Of a DNA stretch of 64,000 nt, positions 9,619 to 23,509 are shown piece after piece. The notes below the pieces were generated by a model that was not told the origin of the DNA, ran no database searches, and was given only the letters and a program-made list of their open reading frames with translations. Position 1 is the first letter of the stretch, and every line of letters starts with the position of its first letter. Source of the stretch: an uncultured Elusimicrobia bacterium (GTDB lineage Bacteria; Elusimicrobiota; Elusimicrobia; 2-01-FULL-59-12); contig OY969767.1 in the NCBI GenBank assembly GCA_963702895.1, forward strand, positions 1,664,001-1,728,000. Direction: 5' to 3'. Both the position numbers and the translations under genes were made by a program.

Positions 9619-10131
9619 TTATTTCTTTTCGAGAGCCCTGACTTTGGTGGCCCCGCGGCGGTTTTTGGACCAGCAGGATTCGTTAGAATCCGTGCAGATG
9701 GGATTTTCCTTGCCATAGGAGATGGTGGCAATGCGGCCACCTCTCAAGCCCAGGTTCATGTAATACGTCCGCACGGCAGCGGCCCGTTTCTGCCCCAGCC
9801 CAAGGTTGTACTCGGTGGTGCCGCGCTCATCGCAGTGGCCCTCGACGAGCACCTCCCAATCCGGGTGCTTTTGGATGACTTGGTAATTGGATTGCAGGAC
9901 ATCCCGAGCGTCCGCGCGCAACGTGGACTGGTCCAAATCAAAATAGATGCTTTGGATCTCGGCAACCTCCTGGTAGTCTTTGCCTCGCAAAGACGGTTCT
10001 TCTTCGGGTTTGCTCGCGTCCTCCGTCACAGGTTCTTCTGTTTGGACCTGTTTTTTCGAGGAGCAAGCCGTCAGCGATAGGGACAAAGCCACAACGCCAT
10101 ACAGCGCTAAAGTCGTGTACCGGAATTTCAT
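9619..10131 (-). CDS. pal: Peptidoglycan-associated lipoprotein
   Basis: LTAC lipobox, EGHCDERGTTEYNLGLG, ISYGKE, KNRR. Confidence 0.95.
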   Translation of the reverse strand: MKFRYTTLALYGVVALSLSLTACSSKKQVQTEEPVTEDASKPEEEPSLRGKDYQEVAEIQSIYFDLDQSTLRADARDVLQSNYQVIQKHPDWEVLVEGHCDERGTTEYNLGLGQKRAAAVRTYYMNLGLRGGRIATISYGKENPICTDSNESCWSKNRRGATKVRALEKK

Positions 10132-10308
10132 GGGAAACCTCCCTGCCTTTCTGTGGATCTGGCCGTTAGTTTAGCACGGAAATATCGAGGAATGTCAATC
10201 AAATTACCCTATTTTTCCATATCAGATCGAAAAGTTAACATGGTTGTAACAATCCATTCATTTTCCTGTAACTTAAAGAACGCATACTCTAAGCGAGGTC
10301 AACGAACC

Positions 10309-12774
10309 ATGCTATTCACTGAAAAGAAGGGGCTGATGCATCTGCGCATTCTGGGGGCACGCGCCGTCCGTGTTGCTCTTTTGGGCCTATTCTCGATTGT
10401 TCTCCTAAATTTCGCATCCACTTCGGCTTCAGCCGTTACGTGCGAGGGCTTTCGCTGGAATGGCGACTATTGTGAGTCATATGCCGAAGAGTGCAATTGC
10501 CCTGCGAGTGGCACAGCAGGTTGCAGTACCTACCTCGATGGCGATGGCTGTCAAGCGCCATCCTGTGACTATAGTTCGTGCGGCTTCCAGGGTGCGATTA
10601 CCATAGATCCAGCCAGTGGCCCCTACTCCTCAGCTCCTTCCGTCACCTACACCGTCACGGATCCGTTTGGATCTCTTACGGGCGGTTCCTGGGCGGTATA
10701 TTACGTTGATGGTCCGGGATGCACGCCAGGAAGCTCTACAGCATCCGGGACGACTTCTCTAGGGGACCATACGATCACCGCTGGCGATTACTTTGACTGC
10801 GGTGACGGCTTCTATACGATCCACGTGAATGCCCAAGACTTCGGCGGCGACTCCGGAAACAAATTTCGCGATTACTATATCGGGCATTGGAACGTACATT
10901 TAAAGATCTATGTGAAGGATGCTGGCGGTGACCCTATCGTAGGCGCTAATGTCACAGTAGTGGGTGTGGACACCAAAGCAACCGATGCCAATGGATTGGC
11001 CGACTTTACCGTTTTATCGAACAACACCTTCGACTATACCGTAGCCAAGGCTGACTACAGTAGTGACCCCGGGTCGGTCTACGTGGGGCATGAGGACAAA
11101 ACGGTCAACGTGATCATGAATAAGAAACCCTCGGTAGACGCCGGGGAACCCAAGACCATTACCTTACCTGATTCGGCCACGCTTGATGGAACCGTTACGG
11201 ATGACGGCCTCCCCAATCCCCCGGGAAAAGTCACCTCCAGCTGGACCAAAGTTTCGGGACCCGGCACCGTGACTTTCGGTGAGAGCACCGCTGTTGACAC
11301 AACGGCGACTTTCTCCGCTGCCGGCATCTACGTCTTGGGCCTGACCGCCAATGACAGTAAGCTGACTGATTACGATGAAGTCACCATCACGGTCAATCCA
11401 GCTAATGTGGCCCCCACGATTACCACACAACCTACGGATCAATCAGTGTCCGTCGGCGCGACCGCGACCTTTAGCGTGGTCGCTACCGGGGTCCCTGCTC
11501 CCAGCTATCAATGGAGGAAAAATGGGTCGCCTATTGCCGGCGCCACCTCCGCCAGCTACACTACGCCCGCCACTACTTTATTGGACAGCGGGGCCATCTT
11601 CACGGTGGTCGTTACCAATACCGCGGGTAGCGTCACCTCAGATAACGCGACCTTGACCGTCTCTGTCACTCCCGTGGCCCCCACGATTACCACACAACCA
11701 ACGCCTCAAACCGTGAGTGTCGGCGCGACCGCGACCTTTAGCGTGGTCGCTACCGGGGTCCCTGCTCCCAGCTATCAGTGGAGGAGAAATGGCTCCGATA
11801 TCCCTGGCGCGACCGCCGCCAGCTACACGACGCCGCCTACCGCTTTATCGGACGATGGCGCTATGTTCACGGTCTATGTCTACAATAGCCAAGGTAGCGT
11901 GACTTCGACTGCTGTACGACTGACCGTCACCTCCTCTTCCGTGGCCCCCACAATTACCACACAACCAACGCCTCAAACCGTGAGTGTCGGCGCGACCGCG
12001 ACCTTTAGCGTGGTCGCTACCGGGGTCCCTGCTCCCAGCTATCAGTGGAGGAGAAATGGCTCCGATATCCCTGGCGCGACCGCCGCCAGCTACACGACGC
12101 CGCCTACCGCTTTATCGGACGATGGCGCTATGTTCACGGTCTATGTCTACAATAGCGTAGGTGGCTTGCCTTCGACTGCTGTACGACTGACCGTCACCGC
12201 CTCTTCCGTGGCGCCCACGATTACCACACAACCAACGCCTCGAACCGTGAGTGTCGGCGAGACCGCGACCTTTAGCGTGGTCGCCACAGGTGTGCCTGCT
12301 CCCAGCTATCAGTGGAGGAAAAATGGGTCGCCTATTGCCGGCGCCACCTCCGCCAGCTACACCACGCCCGCCACCGCGGCATCGGACGACGGGGCCATCT
12401 TCACGGTCGTCGTCACCAATAGTCAAGGAAGCGTGACCTCCGCTGGCGCAAGATTGACCGTCAACCCGGCACCAGCACAGGCTCCGGGGGACCTGTTGAG
12501 CAATGCCCATGCTTACCCGATCCCCTATAAGCCATCCGTGCACGGCAACGGCATCACCTTTAACAACCTCTCCAATGATGCGACCGTCGTCATTAAGATC
12601 TTCACGGTCGCGGGTGAGCTCGTGCAGGAACTTCGCAACTCGAGTGCTCAGGCCGAGGTGAACTGGCCGGTCACCAATCAAGATGGCCAGGCGGTCGCTT
12701 CCGGCGTGTACATCTATCACATCCGAAACAGCACCGGCGATGAAAAACGCGGCAAGCTGATGATCGCCAGGTGA
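10309..12774 (+). CDS. Secreted/surface protein: Cys-rich N-terminus, PKD-like domain, four Ig-like repeats, FlgD/T9SS-like C-terminal domain
   Basis: Signal-like segment, APTITTQP...SYQWRKNG Ig repeats, YPIPYKP...IFTVAGELV...VASGVYIY; start uncertain (10309 or 10336). Confidence 0.8.
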   Translation: MLFTEKKGLMHLRILGARAVRVALLGLFSIVLLNFASTSASAVTCEGFRWNGDYCESYAEECNCPASGTAGCSTYLDGDGCQAPSCDYSSCGFQGAITIDPASGPYSSAPSVTYTVTDPFGSLTGGSWAVYYVDGPGCTPGSSTASGTTSLGDHTITAGDYFDCGDGFYTIHVNAQDFGGDSGNKFRDYYIGHWNVHLKIYVKDAGGDPIVGANVTVVGVDTKATDANGLADFTVLSNNTFDYTVAKADYSSDPGSVYVGHEDKTVNVIMNKKPSVDAGEPKTITLPDSATLDGTVTDDGLPNPPGKVTSSWTKVSGPGTVTFGESTAVDTTATFSAAGIYVLGLTANDSKLTDYDEVTITVNPANVAPTITTQPTDQSVSVGATATFSVVATGVPAPSYQWRKNGSPIAGATSASYTTPATTLLDSGAIFTVVVTNTAGSVTSDNATLTVSVTPVAPTITTQPTPQTVSVGATATFSVVATGVPAPSYQWRRNGSDIPGATAASYTTPPTALSDDGAMFTVYVYNSQGSVTSTAVRLTVTSSSVAPTITTQPTPQTVSVGATATFSVVATGVPAPSYQWRRNGSDIPGATAASYTTPPTALSDDGAMFTVYVYNSVGGLPSTAVRLTVTASSVAPTITTQPTPRTVSVGETATFSVVATGVPAPSYQWRKNGSPIAGATSASYTTPATAASDDGAIFTVVVTNSQGSVTSAGARLTVNPAPAQAPGDLLSNAHAYPIPYKPSVHGNGITFNNLSNDATVVIKIFTVAGELVQELRNSSAQAEVNWPVTNQDGQAVASGVYIYHIRNSTGDEKRGKLMIAR
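11407..12465 (+). repeat. Four tandem 267-bp intragenic Ig-domain repeats
   Basis: Units start at 11407, 11674, 11941 and 12208. Confidence 0.9.
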
Positions 12775-12801
12775 GGCCGGCGAAAACGTATAGGAAACGG
12801 C

Positions 12802-13012
12802 CTCATCCCCACGAAAGTGGGGATCTCGGGATGGATCCCCGATAGAACCCTTCGGGGATGACGACCATTATCCCGAAATCTTCCTTTGGGAAAGCTTTAT
12901 CGTCTGGCCCTACTGCACTTTTCTGTGCCGTCATCCCCCCCGGCCGTAAGGGGGGGATCCATCGTTCCGTTTACGACGTTGATGGACCCCGGCTGACAAC
13001 CGCCGGGGTGAC
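12802..13012. repeat. Two family-A REP-like bipartite palindromes (12802-12862, 12930-13012)
   Basis: (G/C)TCATCCCC..GGGGATC..TGGAYCCC..GGGRTGAC between convergent genes. Confidence 0.85.
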
Positions 13013-13036
13013 GACCTAACTGAACTTTCCCGGTTA

Positions 13037-16080
<3,044 letters not shown>

Positions 16081-16081
<1 letters not shown>

Positions 16082-17841
16082 CAGAGGGGGTGAGGCGCCG
16101 CCGAGTGAGGGACCGATCGTTTCTCGAGGATCGTGTCCTTGCGTCCCAAGGCGGGATCCACTTCGGGGTGATCGAGGTTGAAGTGAAGCCCTCGGCTTTC
16201 TTTTCTGGCCATCGCGGAGCGCACGACCAGCTCACCGACCATGGCGATGTTTCGCAACTCGATCAGGTCCTGGGTGATCATAAAATTCCAGTAATAGTCA
16301 CGGATCTCCTCTTGGAGCAGCTGGAGACGCCGCCAGGCGCGTGCGAGCCTTTCGTCGGCACGTACTATACCGACATAATTCCACATCAATCGTCGGATCT
16401 CATCCCAGCACTGCGTGATGACGACCTGCTCATTGGGGTTACGGGCGTTGCCGGGATTCCATGATGGAACGTCGCGCGTGATACGGCCGTCCGACGTGCG
16501 ACGTCCGACGTCGGACCTCGGACCTCGGACCTCGGACCGAAGTTGTTCGAAAGCGCGGTGCGCGAACACGAGGCCCTCCAGCAGGGAGTTGGAAGCGAGC
16601 CGATTGGCCCCGTGCAGTCCCGTGCAGGAGACTTCTCCGATTGCCCAGAGGCCCGGCAGCGAGGTGCGTCCGACATCGTCCGTTTGAACGCCTCCGCAGA
16701 AATAATGGGCCGCCGGGACGACCGGGATCATGTCCCGCGTGATATCAATCCCGTAGTGGAGGCACTGCTTGTAAATATTGGGAAACCTCTTTTTGATGAA
16801 GCTTGCTCCCTTGTGCCGGATGTCCAGGAAGACGTAAGGCGCGCCGCTTTTCTTGAGTTCGCTGTCGATGGCGCGGGCGACGATGTCTCTCGGCGCCAGC
16901 TCCTTGTCCGGGTGATACCGTTCCATGAACGCATCGCCCGTCTGGAGCTTCAAGATTCCTCCTTCCCCCCGCACGGCCTCCGAAATCAGGAAGGATTTCG
17001 CTTCCGGATGATAGAGGCAGGTCGGATGGAACTGGACAAACTCCAAGTTTGCGATGCGGGCCCCCGCGCGGTAAGCCATGGCGATGCCGTCGCCGCTGGC
17101 CACATCAGGGTTCGAGGTATAGAGATAGACTTTGCCAGCACCCCCGGTGGCCAAAAAAGTGCCACGTCTGCCCAGAAAGGTCTTCACCGCACCACCCCGC
17201 GTATCGAGCACATAGGCACCTAAACATCGGACTTCAGCGATGCCGTCATCCCGGCATGCCTCAAGCCGGGATCCATGAGTCCGGTCTTGATCTGATGGAC
17301 CCCGGCTTTCGCCGGGGTGACGACTGGGTGGCGAGCCACCTAATTTCGCCGTCGTGATGAGATCGATGGCGATATGGTAATCATAGAATCCGATGGTCTG
17401 GCAGCTCTGAGCTTGCTTCAGAAGCGTCTTCGCAATCTCAGAACCCGTGTAGTCGCCGGCATGAAGCACGCGGCGCCTGGAATGACCGCCCTCAAGACCC
17501 AGCTCATAGGGACGCTCTTGGTCTTGATCTTCGCGCGTAAAAGCCATCCCCCAGTCGATCAGTTCGCGGACCCGAGCAGGCCCTTCCTGAACGACCCCCC
17601 GGACAATATCCTCCCGGCAAAGACCCGCCCCCGCGCGCAGCGTGTCCTGGACATGCTGCTCAATGGAATCCTCCGGAGAGGTCACGGCGGCGATCCCCCC
17701 CTGGGCGTAGAGGGTGGATCCTTCGAGAAACTCTTTTTTCGAGACCAGCGACACCGTGCCAAGCTCGGAGAGACGAATCGCGAGGCTTAGTCCCGCGATG
17801 CCGGAGCCTAGAACCAGGAAGTCAGCTTCAAGATCACTCAT
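16081..17841 (-). CDS. nadB: L-aspartate oxidase with two in-frame repeat insertions
   Basis: [40 protein letters not shown]. Confidence 0.96.
16488..16537. repeat. Inverted heptamer array in nadB
   Basis: (cgtccga)n facing (gacctcg)n. Confidence 0.85.
17245..17321. repeat. Family-A palindrome in frame inside nadB
   Basis: gtcatcccggc..gccgggatcca..tggaccccggctttcgccggggtgac. Confidence 0.9.
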
Positions 17842-18686
17842 TAGGAGATGATGATGTTATCGATCAGCCGTGTTTTGCCAATATGAATCGCCACCGCCAA
17901 GAGCGCCGGCCGGTGGATTTTCTTCATCGGCTCAAAGGTCACGGGGTCCACCACCGCGATATAGTCCACACGACTCTGCGGGATCTTGTTGAAGATCTGC
18001 CGGAGTCTGGCGGTGAGCTGTGAGGTTCGCGTCATGATTTTTCCAGAAATGAGCTCCCGACCCAGGAAGAGTGCCTGATAGATCTTGACGGCCTCTTCCC
18101 GTTGCCGGGCCGAGAGGTACCGGTTGCGCGAAGAACAGGCGAGGCCATCCTTTTCACGGACCGTGGGACAGGCCACGACGTGCACGGGCACATTCAAGTC
18201 CCGGACCATCCGTTCAATGACCGCGAGCTGCTGGGCGTCCTTTTGTCCAAAATAGGCCCGCGTGGGCTGGGTGATATGAAACAGCTTGGCAACGACCGTC
18301 GCCACGCCTTCAAAATGTCCCGGTCGACAGGCTCCTTCAAGAGCCGTACCGAGCGCTGGAACGCGCACCGTGGTCATCGCGCCATCGGGGTACATCTCCG
18401 CCGCATTCGGGGCAAAGAGCACATCCACGCCGGCCTTCTTGAGAAGCAAGGCGTCCCGGGAGAACGTCCGGGGGTACTTCTTAAAATCCTCTTGCGGTCC
18501 AAATTGCAGCGGGTTGACGAAGAGGGAGACGATGACGGCATCATTTTCGAGACGCGCCCTGTGCACCAGGGCCGCGTGTCCCTCATGCAAGGCGCCCATC
18601 GTGGGGACAAAACCAAGGGAGTGGCCTTGTTTCCTTGCGCGCGCAGACCACGTTTGCATCTGGGCCACGGACCTCATCATTTTCAT
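17841..18686 (-). CDS. panC: Pantoate--beta-alanine ligase
   Basis: PTMGALHEGH, RPGHF, FGQKD, SSRN, RLIDN; SD AGGAGG before ATG 18686. Confidence 0.95.
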   Translation of the reverse strand: MKMMRSVAQMQTWSARARKQGHSLGFVPTMGALHEGHAALVHRARLENDAVIVSLFVNPLQFGPQEDFKKYPRTFSRDALLLKKAGVDVLFAPNAAEMYPDGAMTTVRVPALGTALEGACRPGHFEGVATVVAKLFHITQPTRAYFGQKDAQQLAVIERMVRDLNVPVHVVACPTVREKDGLACSSRNRYLSARQREEAVKIYQALFLGRELISGKIMTRTSQLTARLRQIFNKIPQSRVDYIAVVDPVTFEPMKKIHRPALLAVAIHIGKTRLIDNIIIS

Positions 18687-19561
18687 GGAAATACCCTCCT
18701 GAAGAATTGGACGATCCGGTTGTCGTAATCCTCTTTGGCGATCATCCAAGGCTCCCCGTGATCAGCCCCAGGGACAACCCATAACTCTTTCGGATCACCC
18801 GCCGCGTCCATCATGGCCTGCGTGTCAGAGGCCGGCATCCGAAGATCGCGCTCGGCGTGAATCAACAAGAAGGGTCGTGGGGCGATCTTGCCCACCTCGT
18901 CCACCGGCGCGAAGTTCCATGAGGAGACACCGAGGCGCCAGCGCGTGATGAGAAACGCCAGGTGCATGAAAGGAAACTCCGGGATGCCGTAAAAGAGTTT
19001 CGCGAAATAGGTGACCGTCTTTCTCGCACGGGTAAAGGGGCTCTCCGCCACGACGGCCGCGATTTCGGGATGCCGCGCGGCGCCCACAATGGCCACCGAA
19101 GCCCCGAGCGAATGCCCATAAAGGCCAAGCCGCCGCGCGGCTTCAGGTTTGGCGCGCTTCAGATACTCGAGCGCGCTCTCAAAATCCCGGAGCTCTAGCG
19201 GCCCGATCGACGTGAGGCGTCCCTCGCTGTCGGAGTGCCCTCGAAAATTGAATAAAAAGAGGTTCCAACTCCCCGCCCTGGCAAGACACAACACATTTAG
19301 AAGCATGTCCCCGGTGTTCGAACCCAGCCCGTGGAGGACGATGAGGGTCGTGTCGGAAGCTTCTTTTGACGGGATAAACCACCCCGTCAGCGTCAGCCCG
19401 TCGAAAGACTTAAAGGAGACGGGCTCATAAGCCAGCCCGAAATCTTGGGGCGTATAAGGCAGCGCGAGGTAGGGGACCTTGGTGATTTCGAACGACGCGT
19501 ACAAAGCGACGGCCAGGATGAAAAGCACCGCCACAGCCAGGACGATGAAAAGCGCGTTCAT
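18683..19561 (-). CDS. Membrane-anchored alpha/beta hydrolase
   Basis: N-terminal TM, HG, GHSLG nucleophile, D and H triad candidates. Confidence 0.88.
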   Translation of the reverse strand: MNALFIVLAVAVLFILAVALYASFEITKVPYLALPYTPQDFGLAYEPVSFKSFDGLTLTGWFIPSKEASDTTLIVLHGLGSNTGDMLLNVLCLARAGSWNLFLFNFRGHSDSEGRLTSIGPLELRDFESALEYLKRAKPEAARRLGLYGHSLGASVAIVGAARHPEIAAVVAESPFTRARKTVTYFAKLFYGIPEFPFMHLAFLITRWRLGVSSWNFAPVDEVGKIAPRPFLLIHAERDLRMPASDTQAMMDAAGDPKELWVVPGADHGEPWMIAKEDYDNRIVQFFRRVFP

Positions 19562-20358
19562 GAAGAATAGGCGTGAAGAGAATCCGGATAACGCCCCTGG
19601 CGCACCTCTTGAGCATAGGCGCGCGCCGCTTTGACGATAGCGGCACGCAAATCCGCGTACTTCTTGACGAAACGGGGATAGGGTGGCGGTGTGAGTCCCA
19701 AGAGGTCATCGACCACAAGAATCTGACCATCACAGGCGACCCCGGCGCCGATGCCGAGGGTCGGCACTTTCAGGATTCGGGTGACCTGTCGCGCGAGGGC
19801 CGCGGGCACACATTCGAGGACCACGGCGAACACGCCTGCTTTCTCAAGGGCCCTGGCGTCGGCGATGATGCGTTTGCCGGACTCCTTCTTCTTCCCCTGC
19901 ACACGATACCCGCCATAAAGATGAACGGACTGAGGGGTCATGCCGACATGGCCCATGACAGGGATTTTGGCGGCGACCAGGGCCTTCACCACAGGAACCA
20001 TTTCATGGCCACCTTCGATTTTGACCGCCTGAGCTCCGGCCTTCAGCATGAGGCCGGAATTTCTGATCGCTTCAGGCGTGGAGGCTTGGTAGGAAAGATA
20101 CGGCATATCGGTGACCACAAGCGCATGGCCATTGGCCCGCGCGACGATGCGTGTATGGTACACCATGTCCTCGACGGTGACGGGCAGCGTGGACGCATGG
20201 CCCAGCTTCACCATGCCGAGCGAATCGCCGACGAGGAGCAGGTCGACTCCCGCTTCATTCAACAACTGGGTCATCGTGAAGTCGTAGCTCGTGAGCGCCA
20301 CGATCTTCTGGCGGCGCACTTTCATGGCCTTGATCTCCGGCACCGTCATTTTAGGCAT
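19558..20358 (-). CDS. panB: 3-methyl-2-oxobutanoate hydroxymethyltransferase
   Basis: LVGDSLGM, VKIEGG, GHVGMTPQ, GIGAG..DGQILV. Confidence 0.95.
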   Translation of the reverse strand: MPKMTVPEIKAMKVRRQKIVALTSYDFTMTQLLNEAGVDLLLVGDSLGMVKLGHASTLPVTVEDMVYHTRIVARANGHALVVTDMPYLSYQASTPEAIRNSGLMLKAGAQAVKIEGGHEMVPVVKALVAAKIPVMGHVGMTPQSVHLYGGYRVQGKKKESGKRIIADARALEKAGVFAVVLECVPAALARQVTRILKVPTLGIGAGVACDGQILVVDDLLGLTPPPYPRFVKKYADLRAAIVKAARAYAQEVRQGRYPDSLHAYSS

Positions 20359-20764
20359 GGGCGCCAAGCTCCTGTAATCCGGATTGCACAAAGGGACGAT
20401 TCTTTATTTCAGGGTGTGGAACGGTGAGTCGAGGGTCGGAAAGGACCTGCGACCCGTAGAGGAGCACATCGAGATCAATGGTTCTTGGACCCCAGCGCAC
20501 GCCCCGCGCGCGACCCAGGGCGCGCTCAATCTGTTGGCAGGATTCGAGGAGTTGCCAAGGTTTGAGCGTCGTGCCGAGGCGCGCCACGCAATTGAGATAG
20601 CGCGGCTGATCCATCACACCGACAGGTTCTGTCTCCAGCAGAGTCGAGACCGCTTTCAGGTTGATGCCGGAGGTGCTCGCGAGAAGCTGCAAAGCCTGGT
20701 CGATATGGCCTTGGCGGTCTCCGAGATTGGATCCCAAGCCGATATAGGCGCTCACTTCTTCCAT
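20351..20764 (-). CDS. folK: 2-amino-4-hydroxy-6-hydroxymethyldihydropteridine diphosphokinase
   Basis: IGLGSNLG, WGPRTIDLD, LTVPHP. Confidence 0.95.
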   Translation of the reverse strand: MEEVSAYIGLGSNLGDRQGHIDQALQLLASTSGINLKAVSTLLETEPVGVMDQPRYLNCVARLGTTLKPWQLLESCQQIERALGRARGVRWGPRTIDLDVLLYGSQVLSDPRLTVPHPEIKNRPFVQSGLQELGAHA

Positions 20765-21921
20765 GTCACTCCCTGAATACGTTGGACCGCCTCCATCAAG
20801 CGCTTTTCACTGACGGTCAGAGCGAAGCGGACATACCCCTCACCCGACGGCCCAAACCCTACGCCGGGGGTACACACAACACCGACCTCATCCAGAAGTC
20901 GTCCCGCGGTTTCGGTCGAGTTAAATCCTTTCGGGGTTCTCGCCCAGACATAAAAGGTGGCGCCTGGCTTTCGCATGCTCCAGCCCGCCAGGGTCATGGC
21001 GGAGACAAACTGGTCCATGCGCCGCTGATAGAGCTCTCGCATGTCCCTGACGAACATCTCGGAGTCCGGATGCTCCAGGGCCGTGATGGCCGTCTCTTGA
21101 ATGGCTTGAAACGCTCCGGAATCCATGCTGTCTTTAATGGTCGCAAGACCCTTGATGAGTTCAGCGTTGCCACAAACCCATCCGATACGCCAGCCCGTCA
21201 TGTTATAGGTCTTGGAGAGCGAGTGGAACTCGATGCCGACCTCCTTGGCCCCGGGAATTTCGAGGAAACTCAAGGCCGGCGCATGATAATACATCTCGGA
21301 ATAGGCGTTATCGTAGGCAACCAAGAGATGATATTTTTTGGCGAAGCTCACCACCTCTTCAAGAAAAGCGCGAGGCGCCATGGCCGCCACGGGATTATTC
21401 GGGTAGTTCAGGAAGAGAATTTTCGCCCTCGTAAGGACATGCTCCGGGATGGACTTCAAATCCGGAAGGAAATCACGCTCCTCACGCAGAGGCATCAAAT
21501 AGGGTTCCGCGCCCGCGAAGAGGGTGGCGTTCTTGTAGACAGGATAAGCAGGGTCCGGGACCAGGGCAACATCACCGGGGTTGAGGTAGGCCAACGGCAA
21601 GTGTCCCAGTCCTTCTTTCGAGCCGATCAGCGCGTAGATTTCACTCGCGGGATCCAGCGCCACCTTGAACCGCGTCTTCATCCAGGCCGAGATGGACTTG
21701 CGAAACGCGAGCAAGCCCGCGCCGAAAGGGTATTGATGGTTAGAGGCCTTCGCGAGCGCCGCCTGGCCCGCCCTCACGATATGCGGCGGCGTCGGCAAGT
21801 CAGGGTCTCCCACCCCCAAGGAAATGATGTCGACGCCACGCTCGATGGCCGCCTTCTTCTTGCGATCCATCTCGGCAAAGAGGTAAGGCGGCAATTGGTT
21901 GATACGATTAGAGTAGTTCAC
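20752..21921 (-). CDS. dapL: LL-diaminopimelate aminotransferase
   Basis: LPPYLF, GSKEG, NYPNNP, EFHSLSKTYNMTGWRIG; clustered with dap genes. Confidence 0.85.
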   Translation of the reverse strand: MNYSNRINQLPPYLFAEMDRKKKAAIERGVDIISLGVGDPDLPTPPHIVRAGQAALAKASNHQYPFGAGLLAFRKSISAWMKTRFKVALDPASEIYALIGSKEGLGHLPLAYLNPGDVALVPDPAYPVYKNATLFAGAEPYLMPLREERDFLPDLKSIPEHVLTRAKILFLNYPNNPVAAMAPRAFLEEVVSFAKKYHLLVAYDNAYSEMYYHAPALSFLEIPGAKEVGIEFHSLSKTYNMTGWRIGWVCGNAELIKGLATIKDSMDSGAFQAIQETAITALEHPDSEMFVRDMRELYQRRMDQFVSAMTLAGWSMRKPGATFYVWARTPKGFNSTETAGRLLDEVGVVCTPGVGFGPSGEGYVRFALTVSEKRLMEAVQRIQGVTWKK

Positions 21922-21935
21922 AGGTTTACCATTGT

Positions 21936-21999
21936 GTCATCCCCCACGGTTGTAAGTGGGGGATCCATCATGATAGACCCCGGCTTCCGCCGGGGTGAC
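21936..21999. repeat. Family-A palindrome
   Basis: gtcatccccc..gggggatcca..tagaccccggcttccgccggggtgac. Confidence 0.88.
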
Positions 22000-22003
22000 A
22001 GCT

Positions 22004-22765
22004 TTATTCCTCTTTCACAGGATTTCTCAGAATTCCGACCCCTTCGACAAACACTTCCACCACATCGCCGGCTTGAAGCGCTCCGACGCCCTGGGGGGTC
22101 CCCGTTGAAATCACGTCGCCAGGTTGAAGCGTCATGACGCGAGAGACAAACGCGATGATCTGAGGGACCGAGAAAATCATCTGACTCGTATGCCCGGCCT
22201 GCGCCACTTTCTTATTGACGCGGGACTCCACGCGTAATTGGTCCAGTGGAAGGCCCGCCGCAATCCATGGACCGAGCGGGGCAAAGGTGTCAAAGGACTT
22301 GGCCCTCGCCCACTGGCCGTCTTTTTTCTGCACGTCCCGTGCCGTCACATCATTCAGGCACGTGATGCCCAAGACACAGTCCATCGCGTCGCCCTCCGAG
22401 AGGTTCCTCGCTTTTCGGCTTAGGACCACCGCCATCTCCGCTTCGAAATCGACCCGGCCCACGCCCCTCGGAAGGACAATGGGGTCTTCCGGACCGATGA
22501 GAGCGCTTGGCGCCTTAAGAAAGATCACCGGCTCACGCGGCACTTCTGTTCGCCCAAACTCGGCGATATGGTCCTTGTAATTCAGCCCGACGGCGATTAT
22601 TTTGGACGGCACGCACGGCGCAAGCAACCTCACTTCTCCCATCCCGAAAGACCTGTCCGTTCGCTCGAACGACGAAAAGATGTCGGGTGTCACCTCCCAG
22701 ATCCGGTGGTCCTCCACAACACCCCAGCCAGGCGTACCTCCTGCTTCAAAACGGCAATAAATCAT
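22004..22765 (-). CDS. Fumarylacetoacetate hydrolase family protein
   Basis: GLNY, DFEAE, NDVTARD, KSFDTF, TGTP. Confidence 0.92.
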   Translation of the reverse strand: MIYCRFEAGGTPGWGVVEDHRIWEVTPDIFSSFERTDRSFGMGEVRLLAPCVPSKIIAVGLNYKDHIAEFGRTEVPREPVIFLKAPSALIGPEDPIVLPRGVGRVDFEAEMAVVLSRKARNLSEGDAMDCVLGITCLNDVTARDVQKKDGQWARAKSFDTFAPLGPWIAAGLPLDQLRVESRVNKKVAQAGHTSQMIFSVPQIIAFVSRVMTLQPGDVISTGTPQGVGALQAGDVVEVFVEGVGILRNPVKEE

Positions 22766-22834
22766 GTTTTCACCATCCCCTCTCCACTAGGGAGAGGGCC
22801 ATGCCCCGCGGGGACACGGAAGTGAGGGGTCCCC

Positions 22835-23509
22835 TCATTCCAACCCCAACACATCCTTCATGCTGTAGAGCCCGGGCTTTTTCCCACAAACCCATTTCGC
22901 GGCCTGGATCGCGCCAGCGACTAAAATGTCGCGCGAGCCAGCATGATGAAAGAGCTCGATACGGTCCATCGGTCCCTGGAGGATGATCCGGTGATCACCT
23001 ATGAGCTCGCCCTCACGGAATGACGCGTAGGTCACTTTTTGCTTGCTCACCTTTTCAATGAGGGCCCCTGCCTGCAGGGCTGTTCCTGAGGGAGCGTCTT
23101 TCTTATGGATGTGATGCGTCTCTTCGATATGGACCGTGTAGCCCGGCAAGGCTTTCGCCAAGAGCTGCGCGGCGCTAAAAAAGACATTGACCCCCAAACT
23201 CATATTGGAAGAGCGCACGACAGGAATAACGGAAGCCGCCTTTTGAATCGCGTCTTCTTGTTCCTTTTTAAATCCCGTGGTCCCAAGCACATACGCTTTC
23301 TTTTGTCTTGCCGCTTCCTGAAGGTGAACCAGGGAAGCTTCCGCCTGAGAAAAGTCGATCACGACTTCACCTGGCTTCATGTCCACCGGCTTGGTATCAA
23401 GATCCAAGCGAGCGGCGATCTCCAGTTCAGGATCGGCACCCGCGACCTCAGCAATTCGGGTGCCCATGCGTCCGCGAGCGCCGACGATGGCGATTTTGAG
23501 TTTAGCCAC
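22835..23509 (-). CDS. dapB: 4-hydroxy-tetrahydrodipicolinate reductase
   Basis: GARGRMG, GTTG, ETHHIHKKDAPSGTA. Confidence 0.95.
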   Translation of the reverse strand: MAKLKIAIVGARGRMGTRIAEVAGADPELEIAARLDLDTKPVDMKPGEVVIDFSQAEASLVHLQEAARQKKAYVLGTTGFKKEQEDAIQKAASVIPVVRSSNMSLGVNVFFSAAQLLAKALPGYTVHIEETHHIHKKDAPSGTALQAGALIEKVSKQKVTYASFREGELIGDHRIILQGPMDRIELFHHAGSRDILVAGAIQAAKWVCGKKPGLYSMKDVLGLE

